Assembly: GCA_964406615.1 (NCBI GenBank)
Contig: CAYOSI010000008.1
Location: 4,031-68,030 of the forward strand
Direction of reading: 5' to 3'
DNA length: 64,000 nucleotides
DNA from: an uncultured Oscillospiraceae bacterium
Lineage (GTDB): Bacteria; Bacillota; Clostridia; Oscillospirales; Oscillospiraceae
Numbering within the stretch: position 1 is the first letter of the stretch; every line of letters begins with the position of its first letter. Both the position numbers and the translations under genes were made by a program. Shown here piece after piece: positions 18,805-25,712 of the stretch. The notes under the pieces were generated by a model, which worked only from the letters and a program-made list of their open reading frames with translations, ran no database searches and was not told the DNA's origin.

Positions 18805-19435
18805 GGCCCAGGCCGGCGATCTCGACGCACGCAACGAGTTGATCCTACAGAACATCGACTTCATACGGGCACAGGCGTGGGATCTGATCCTGCGTTACCC
18901 GACCTACGATATCCGGGAAACGGATCTGGAGCAGGAGGGCTGCTTCGGTATGATGCGTGCTGTGAGCACCTTCGACCCGGCGCGCGGGAGCAAATTTCTG
19001 ACCTATGCCAAGTGGTGGATCGTGAAATACATGAAGAAGCACATCAAAGGCGATGTGAAGAATCAGCCGCCTGCTCATACGATCCACCACACGATTTGGT
19101 TTGAGAATCGGATCAAGGCAGACGAGCGAAAATACGATCTGCGGCCGCAAGAGGTTCGCGTCTTCTGCTACATTCGTGTTGAGCAGCTTTACGTCGGATT
19201 CCAAAAACTCACGCCCCGTCAGCAAGATTATCTCCGCTATCGCTTCGGCTTCGATGAAGAGGATCATGAGCGTTCGTTGAAAGAGACCGCTGAGTATTTT
19301 CATCTTCGCGTGACCCGAGCCAGGAGGCTGGAACGGGAAGCGCTTAATTGCCTGCGTCATTACATAATCAAGGATGACGAGAGACGCTCCGCGCCTCCAA
19401 AGCCGGAGACAGAAAAGATGCTGATCGGCTGGTGA
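18779..19435 (+). CDS. sigma-70 family factor (Tn916 Orf7-like regulatory sigma)
   Basis: Region 2-like FIRAQAWDL...GCFGMMRAVSTFDPARGSKFLTYAKWWI and a region 4-like C-terminus. Overlaps the XRE gene by 26 nt. Confidence 0.8.
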   Translation: MTNEELCVKAQAGDLDARNELILQNIDFIRAQAWDLILRYPTYDIRETDLEQEGCFGMMRAVSTFDPARGSKFLTYAKWWIVKYMKKHIKGDVKNQPPAHTIHHTIWFENRIKADERKYDLRPQEVRVFCYIRVEQLYVGFQKLTPRQQDYLRYRFGFDEEDHERSLKETAEYFHLRVTRARRLEREALNCLRHYIIKDDERRSAPPKPETEKMLIGW

Positions 19436-19469
19436 TTTCAAATCATGGATTTCGGAAACCGTTTCCAGA

Positions 19470-19510
19470 AAAAGTAGTATTACAACACAGGGGATTTCGA
19501 TACTACTTTT
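19470..19510 (+). terminator. hairpin after the sigma gene
   Basis: 11-bp stem AAAAGTAGTAT / ATACTACTTTT. The 19-nt loop is large. Confidence 0.4.
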
Positions 19511-20003
19511 CAGGAGCGAAGTCAAGCGTCTGCAGGCAGACGCAAAAGTGGTGTAAGAATCGGCCCATTGTGGTACTAACGAGATTTCAAAAACGTCGGA
19601 ATCGGTTTCACTCCGAACGAGGGATTTTTGAAAAACGTGTTTGTCCGCTGCGGCGGGGACGGGGGATTTTATATACCGTTCTGCGGCCCGGCCGGAACAA
19701 AATCTTCTCGCTTATCACCGCTCGAAGATTTCGCCCCGTCCTCTTGCGGACAGCAGCCGGTCTCTGCCTGTGCGCAGGCCGATCCCGTCCGCTGCCCGCG
19801 GCTCGGTAAGCGATGCCGCCGAAAGCAGGGCGTCATCCCTTCCCGTGCCTACGGCCGCAGAAGGTATAACTCACTAGACCTTGCAAGCAAGGTCGTTCGC
19901 CACGGGAACAGCCTGTTCCCATTGGATCCCCTCGGTTTCCGGAGCCTGTAGGTACCCAAACTGCGCAATTCGAATTTTGGCTTCGGCTCCGGAAATGCAA
20001 AAA

Positions 20004-20050
20004 GCTCCAACTGTCATCCGTAAGCATGGACGACAGTCGGAGCTTTTTGC
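20004..20050. terminator. long hairpin downstream of the MBL gene (bidirectional, A/T runs on both sides)
   Basis: AAAAAGCTCCAACTGTCATCC ... GGACGACAGTCGGAGCTTTTT. Confidence 0.6.
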
Positions 20051-20152
20051 TGCGCTTCGATTTGTGGTTTTTGTCCGACAGGCATCACCGGACAAAATCA
20101 AAAAACTCGCGCATCGCCGCGGCGGGACGGGAGAAGAAAACGGCGCGAAGGA

Positions 20153-20953
20153 TTATAAATCGATTTCCTCCAAATCTTCCGGCACAAACAGGTTTCTGTG
20201 GAAGAATTGTTTACCCTCTTGGGTATAAAGCTGTTTGCGATCGTTGATGTTCTGATCCTCCGTATGATAGAGCAGAAGGTTTTGGACGCCCAACTGCTCT
20301 GCCAGCTCGCAGGCATCTTTTACAGTGGAGTGCTTCATGCGATGCGGTTGATAACGCTCTGCCTCCGCCTCCAGACAGAACGCCTCATGCAGAAGCCAAG
20401 TGCTGTTTTCGGCATAGGGTCTTTCGCATTCGTTGTACGGCTCGTCGCCGCAGAAGGTCAGCTTTCTGCTGTTGTCCAGTTCCATACAGAAGCCGAATTG
20501 CGTGGCCTTGACGGATCGGATATCGAAGAAGGTCACGTTCCTGCCGAGGATCGTTTTTGTCTCACCATCTGCGACCTCGATGAAACGCACGTTCTCCCGG
20601 ATCCCGTCGCCATCTCGACCGGGGAACAGAAGCTCGGCTACGGTGTGCAGGATATGGATGACCTCGGCGTGAGAATAGATATTGACGCCACGCTTCGGCG
20701 CGCCCGGCGGGCCTTTGCGGGCAAATTGCCGGAGCATCCAGAAGATACCGGTGATATGATCTGTGTGCCGGTGAGTGACGAAGATGTCGCTGATCTCTCG
20801 GGGGCGGATGCCCGTGTGTTTTAATTGTCGTAAAAGACCATTTCCGCCACCGCCGTCCACCAGAAAGTGCCTGCCATTCTCGCTGAGCACAAAGCAGGTG
20901 TTGTAGCATTCCGTGACCATGGCGTGCCCGGTTCCCAGCATAGTAAGTTTCAT
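20153..20953 (-). CDS. MBL-fold metallo-hydrolase
   Basis: Contains HRHTDHITG (HxHxDH). ATG at 20953 lies 10 nt after AGGAG. The GTG at 20962 lies too close to the RBS. Confidence 0.85.
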   Translation of the reverse strand: MKLTMLGTGHAMVTECYNTCFVLSENGRHFLVDGGGGNGLLRQLKHTGIRPREISDIFVTHRHTDHITGIFWMLRQFARKGPPGAPKRGVNIYSHAEVIHILHTVAELLFPGRDGDGIRENVRFIEVADGETKTILGRNVTFFDIRSVKATQFGFCMELDNSRKLTFCGDEPYNECERPYAENSTWLLHEAFCLEAEAERYQPHRMKHSTVKDACELAEQLGVQNLLLYHTEDQNINDRKQLYTQEGKQFFHRNLFVPEDLEEIDL

Positions 20954-21004
20954 AGTGATCACACTCCTATTGTTCCTAATAATATCACAACCTGGAAAGA
21001 AAGC

Positions 21005-21033
21005 GTCCCGCCAACCGAAACGGTCGGCGGGAC
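21005..21033 (-). terminator. terminator after the esterase lipoprotein gene
   Basis: On the minus strand GTCCCGCCGACC-GTTTC-GGTTGGCGGGAC is followed by a T-rich run. Confidence 0.55.
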
Positions 21034-21159
21034 GATCCGTTCGCTGCCCGTGTCAGCGCAGGCGGATGGACCTGGTCAGATAGGAATGATTCAAGGAAGA
21101 AACAAAATGAAAAACACCCATGAAAGATAACGGAGCACGGGCCTCCGTATTAGGATTGA

Positions 21160-23043
21160 TCAGTCGGCAGTCCAACCAGGGACACGCAGGATAGAGCCGC
21201 CTCCTTGGCCGTACTGAGCCGTGTTATAACCAATGGTGCCCGACTCCTCAGCGGGCAGGGCTAGATAAACGTCTTCTCCGTCCATAGATCCGACCAGCCG
21301 ATCCTCTGTCTGTGAGGCGGTGAGCTTGTCCGCGTCAGCTTCCGGGATCCAGGGACGATCCAGCTCGGAAAGCTTCGGGCGTGATTGCTCTTCGGCGCGG
21401 CTTTGGGCGAGGAGCCATTCGTACCCTGCATCCAGCCGCTGACCATAGACCCAGGTCAGCATGTGGCTGCCGCCGCTGAAGGACAGCCAGTGAAAGTTGA
21501 TGGGGCCGCTATCTGTGGTAAGAAACTCTCTCAAAAGCATGTTCTGCTCGTCCACGGTGAGATCCAGCGGATGGAACTCGGACCGAGGAATGGCGACACC
21601 GGATATGTCCTGATAAAGATGATCCATTTCATTCCACACGCCCGTGGAGAACGCATCCCCGGCGCAATTGGTAAAGAGGACATTGTCATCGGAGATGAGA
21701 TAGTACCAGTTGCTGCCGTAGTCGCTGTCATTTCCGTCGTCGTCCATAGACCAGATGGTGGCGTCGGTGGAGGGATAATAAGCCGCGCCGTTGTACTCGG
21801 CTTCCTTATTGTAGTTGTTGCCCCACTGCATACCAAGCAGCCAAAGACCTGCGAAATAGTTGTCCCGCTGTCCGGCCATGGCTACGATCTGCATGCCGCC
21901 CATGGATTGGCCGGTGCCATAGATATGATCCATGTCAATGCTGTACTGCTCGGTGAGAGCGTCCATCAGCTGCCATGTTGCCGGCACGCCGGCAGAGAGC
22001 GTCCAGTTGTCACGCGTCGTGCGGATGGCGGTCTCGATCTGCGGGGAGAGGACGATGATGCCGCCCAGCCCCTGATCCCGGGCCAGCTGCTGTACTTCGT
22101 CGGAGGCGTAGTTTACGGGAGCCTGACCCTCGGTCAGGGTGATCATGGGATCGCTGCCCAAGGAACCTGCGTCCATGATATGGAGAACAAGGGCGTATTT
22201 CTGTGCCGGGTCATAATCGGCGGGAACATACAGAGCGTAAGGAAGCTCCACATCGGTAAGCTCTCCCGTGGCTTCCTCAAAACAGTCGGTTGCTAAAAAA
22301 GCCGGGTAGTCAGGGTCGTAGTTCTCGTCGCTGGACTTGTAGTGAAGCTCATAGCCTTCGATTCCCTCGATGACATAGGCGTCCGGCTTGTAGGTGATGA
22401 TGGTCGGGCCGCCGGAAGCACCGCCGCTGGCTTCGCCGCTGCCGCCGTCCAGGGAGACGGCATCATAGTTGGTAACAAAATCTGTGCCAGGGGTTACGGT
22501 CAGCGCAGAGCCGCTGACCTCGCCAATCTGTTTCACACCCGCGATGAGAGACATCGTGTAGCGGGGAACGCTGGCGAGCATATAATCGGTATTCACTTCA
22601 ATAATGACGAAATGTCCTGCGTCCAGGCTTTCCGCGGGGACAGAAGGTTCATCGTTCACATATACACGAACTGCGATGCCGGGGACGCTGCCGATAGCGG
22701 TGCCATCCTGCAGGTTGGGATTCTGGAGACTGTAATCGTCGATCTCGTAGTCGTCCAGAGAGACGGACGCAGCTTCGATCTCATCGGCATATTCCACAGC
22801 GATGGCGCGGAGCTTGGCTCCGTCCGAATCTACAAAACCAAGAGCCTTGACGCCGAGTATAGCTTCATCTGCAGTCAACTGAACGGCTGGTTTGACAGCC
22901 TCGGCTGATTCGGCGGTCTCGTCCTGCTTGGCGGTCGTCTCCGGTTCTGGCTCGGAAACAGCGTCTGCTTTGGCACTACACGCCGAAAACAGTGTACAAA
23001 GGGCGATCAAAATGAGACAAATTGAAAACCGACGTGATTTCAT
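21160..23043 (-). CDS. lipoprotein: Ig-like N-terminal domains + Gly-rich hinge + alpha/beta-hydrolase (COG4099-type esterase/peptidase)
   Basis: Signal/lipobox LCTLFSAC. Also has YALYVPADYDPAQKYALVLHIMDAG and the nucleophile elbow GQSMGG. RBS AAGGAGGG. Confidence 0.8.
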   Translation of the reverse strand: MKSRRFSICLILIALCTLFSACSAKADAVSEPEPETTAKQDETAESAEAVKPAVQLTADEAILGVKALGFVDSDGAKLRAIAVEYADEIEAASVSLDDYEIDDYSLQNPNLQDGTAIGSVPGIAVRVYVNDEPSVPAESLDAGHFVIIEVNTDYMLASVPRYTMSLIAGVKQIGEVSGSALTVTPGTDFVTNYDAVSLDGGSGEASGGASGGPTIITYKPDAYVIEGIEGYELHYKSSDENYDPDYPAFLATDCFEEATGELTDVELPYALYVPADYDPAQKYALVLHIMDAGSLGSDPMITLTEGQAPVNYASDEVQQLARDQGLGGIIVLSPQIETAIRTTRDNWTLSAGVPATWQLMDALTEQYSIDMDHIYGTGQSMGGMQIVAMAGQRDNYFAGLWLLGMQWGNNYNKEAEYNGAAYYPSTDATIWSMDDDGNDSDYGSNWYYLISDDNVLFTNCAGDAFSTGVWNEMDHLYQDISGVAIPRSEFHPLDLTVDEQNMLLREFLTTDSGPINFHWLSFSGGSHMLTWVYGQRLDAGYEWLLAQSRAEEQSRPKLSELDRPWIPEADADKLTASQTEDRLVGSMDGEDVYLALPAEESGTIGYNTAQYGQGGGSILRVPGWTAD

Positions 23044-23058
23044 GGTGAGTCCCTCCTT

Positions 23059-23535
23059 TTAGACTGCGGTGAGTTGCTTTTTGAAAAGCAGGCCAAAGAT
23101 TTTTTTGTTCAGCGGCGTGAGGAGCCATACCTGGACGCAGAAGGCGAAGATCCAGTTGACGGGGGTCTTCGATACCACCGCCGCAAGAAACTGCCCGAAA
23201 CTCCAATGGAACTGAATCATGTTGATCAGGTTCGAGTAGACGCACATCAGCGGCGCCATGATCATGACGGTGTGGCCCACCCGCAGGCAGGTGTATTCGA
23301 TAGGGTTCGAGACCTTATACTGCCCGGCCTTTTTACCCGCCCACTTCTGGACGAAGAAAAACTGCATGATGAAGGCAAACGGCGCTTTCTGACAGAATGC
23401 GATACCCACCTGCCGGAAGAGTTCCGGGGAGAACTCCCCAAGAATGAGATATTTGTTGTACGTTGCCATGGTAGTGGCCATCAGGAGCACGCCCGTGATG
23501 GTAAAAATGACGCGCTGGAAGGTAGTTTTCGGCAT
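23059..23535 (-). CDS. DUF2798-like membrane protein
   Basis: ATG at 23535 follows AGGAGGGAG. The N-terminus MPKTTFQRVIFTITGVLLMATTMATYN parallels the two paralogs at 58222 and 58918. Confidence 0.7.
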   Translation of the reverse strand: MPKTTFQRVIFTITGVLLMATTMATYNKYLILGEFSPELFRQVGIAFCQKAPFAFIMQFFFVQKWAGKKAGQYKVSNPIEYTCLRVGHTVMIMAPLMCVYSNLINMIQFHWSFGQFLAAVVSKTPVNWIFAFCVQVWLLTPLNKKIFGLLFKKQLTAV

Positions 23536-23551
23536 GGTGCTCCCTCCTGTA

Positions 23552-23854
23552 TCAAGGCAGATTGCCCTTGGTGAATGAACCAATGACGCCGGGCTCGGAG
23601 ATGAGGACACGGTTCATGGGCGCTGTGGAAACGCCCCGGAAGGCGGTGATGGGATAGGCGTACAGGTCATTTGAAATACCAAGCGACCGCCCCTTGCAGT
23701 TGAGGAAGCATTGCCCGCAGCTCTGGCAGTTTTCCGGGTAGGCGATCACCGACTTATGGGCTTCCTGATTGAAGTAGAACACGTCCATTGGGCAGAGGTT
23801 CACGCAGTTTTCGCAGCCGATGCACTTGTTCAGGTCGATCCGTACAACGCTCAT
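23552..23854 (-). CDS. small 2x[4Fe-4S]-type ferredoxin-domain protein
   Basis: Contains CIGCENCVNLCP and CQSCGQCFLNC. Its ATG overlaps the flavoprotein stop (ATGA). The 5' extension of the ORF track to 24196 is Arg/Pro-rich junk. Confidence 0.8.
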   Translation of the reverse strand: MSVVRIDLNKCIGCENCVNLCPMDVFYFNQEAHKSVIAYPENCQSCGQCFLNCKGRSLGISNDLYAYPITAFRGVSTAPMNRVLISEPGVIGSFTKGNLP

Positions 23855-25701
23855 TTCTTGCCTCCTTTGCTGCCCCAGGTGGATTTGGGAGCTGTAAAAC
23901 CTTTGGCCTCCGGCTCGCCGGGGAAGTAGTAGTGATAGCGGTCGGTATAGGCGGCGCTTACGTCGCCCGTCCATTCGGCGGGAACGGGACGCTTCTCCAG
24001 CATCATGCCGTTCTCGCTCTTCTGCACCGTTACATAGCATAGGTATTCGTCGTCGACCCGGTAGGGGATATCCGCCCGGTAGTGGGTGCCGCGGCTCTCG
24101 GCGCGGCAGAGACTGGCCCGGAGCTTCATCTCTGCGGACAGGAGCTTGTGCTGTACTTCCATGCACAGCCGCAGATCGTGGCCGCTGCGGGCGCACAGCC
24201 GGGGAGCGACGTTGTCCCGCATATATTCCACCTGCGTTAGTGCCGCCTGCAATGTCGGTTCGGTCTTCGCCACGCTGACCCAGTAGGGGGCCATGATGCT
24301 GTGGAGTACGTCCCGCGCCCAGTTGGGGTCGAAGCCCTTTTCGCGGGTGAGGGGAGCAGATAGCGCTTCGAGCTTCGCGGTGATGTCCTCTTCACTGACG
24401 GTTTTCCGAACTTTGCCATCCACGAATTTTGCAGCCGCTTTGCCGGCATGGTCGCCGTCGATGGAGCAGAAGCAGGAGGTGAAGCCCACGCCGCAGGGAT
24501 AGGCGGAGCCGGAGGGCGCGGTGGCGTGGGTGCCGTCGCCCGCGATGAACAGACCGGGCACGCCGGGGACGTCGTTTCGGACCTCGAAGCCATTGAATAT
24601 GCCGCTGGTCAGGTGGCAGCACATGCCGGTGGCAGCGCCGGCGAGGTCGCTGCGGCCCACCGGCGTGGACAGCTTGCCGGAACGCACCTCCTCGGGATCG
24701 GAGCCGTAGACTCGGCTGCCGCCCCGGCGAGTGTATGTAGCCGTCGCCACGTCCTGGATCTCAGAGCCGTCGCTGATTTCCACGCCGTAGACAGCCTTCC
24801 GAACACGGCTCAATGCCATAGCATTGCCTTTGTTTTTTGCATAGTCAGAAGCATTTTCCTCCGCTATATCGCCGCCGCAGAGCCAGATGTTCTCAAGATA
24901 CTGCCAGTGGTTGTCGTAGAAGGCGTTGCCGGGGGCGTTGTTGGAGGTGGCATGGAAGTCCTCGAACTCCTTGCCTGCGATGGGAAGGCCAAGCTGATAG
25001 GCCATGTACTCCCCGTCAAAGGTGTCGCTTCCCACCGGGTAGCCCGTGGGCTTGTAGCTGCCGCCGCCGGTGGCCAGAACCACCGCCTTGGCATGAATGG
25101 TGATAAACCTTCCGCTGGGGACATGAAGACCGATGACGCCGGAAACAGCACCATCAACCGTCAGTAAATCGGCGGCCATGGTGTGTTCCAGATACGGGAT
25201 CCCATAACGGTCCAGCGTGGCGATCCACTTCTTGTGGCGGTCCAGGCGGTCATAGGTGGCCCGATAGCCCCAGAAATCCTCTTTGTCGTAGAAATCCCCG
25301 GCCTCGGATGCCTTGGGATACTGGGCAAGGATGCCCCAGTCGGTAAGGCGCTCGTAGATGCCCTTCGACTCCTCCAGCCAGCGGCGGTACCAGTTGAGGT
25401 TCGCGATATAATCGCCGCCCTCCATCATGGCCCGGATGTATGCCTCTTTCTTATCGCCCCGGTCGGGGTCGAACCAGCGGAAGGAACTGGGCCAGGGGGA
25501 CAGGCCGGAATAACCGGGGCGGCCCTTGTCCATGACGAGGACGGATGCGCCGCCCAGCTTGGCGGACACGGCGGCGTTCAGCCCGGCAAAGCCGCAGCCG
25601 ATCACCAGCACATCGGTTTCGTATGTATCCTCGTAGGGGCAGGGGACTTTTTCCGGGCGGGGCAGCTCGATGCCCCGGGGATTCATGGTCGTTTCGTTCA
25701 T
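23851..25701 (-). CDS. FAD flavoprotein of the succinate-dehydrogenase/fumarate-reductase/AprA superfamily
   Basis: Contains DVLVIGCGFAGLNAAVSA and the ESRGTHYRAD signature. 616 aa. Confidence 0.85.
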   Translation of the reverse strand: MNETTMNPRGIELPRPEKVPCPYEDTYETDVLVIGCGFAGLNAAVSAKLGGASVLVMDKGRPGYSGLSPWPSSFRWFDPDRGDKKEAYIRAMMEGGDYIANLNWYRRWLEESKGIYERLTDWGILAQYPKASEAGDFYDKEDFWGYRATYDRLDRHKKWIATLDRYGIPYLEHTMAADLLTVDGAVSGVIGLHVPSGRFITIHAKAVVLATGGGSYKPTGYPVGSDTFDGEYMAYQLGLPIAGKEFEDFHATSNNAPGNAFYDNHWQYLENIWLCGGDIAEENASDYAKNKGNAMALSRVRKAVYGVEISDGSEIQDVATATYTRRGGSRVYGSDPEEVRSGKLSTPVGRSDLAGAATGMCCHLTSGIFNGFEVRNDVPGVPGLFIAGDGTHATAPSGSAYPCGVGFTSCFCSIDGDHAGKAAAKFVDGKVRKTVSEEDITAKLEALSAPLTREKGFDPNWARDVLHSIMAPYWVSVAKTEPTLQAALTQVEYMRDNVAPRLCARSGHDLRLCMEVQHKLLSAEMKLRASLCRAESRGTHYRADIPYRVDDEYLCYVTVQKSENGMMLEKRPVPAEWTGDVSAAYTDRYHYYFPGEPEAKGFTAPKSTWGSKGGKK

Positions 25702-25712
25702 TGGTTCACCCT

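Noticed and set aside
19432-20228. ORFs 19432..19809, 19628..19951 and 19881..20228 (plus) and 19833..20101 (minus) as real genes
   Set aside because: They lack an RBS and have Arg/Cys/Pro-rich compositions. They overlap one another in a region dominated by hairpins, so the region is treated as non-coding (see findings).
23855-24196. N-terminal 114-aa extension of the ferredoxin ORF (ORF track 23552..24196)
   Set aside because: The extension is Arg/Pro/Gly-rich and lies entirely inside the flavoprotein gene in another frame. The ATG at 23854 overlaps the flavoprotein stop (ATGA) and begins the Cys-motif domain.
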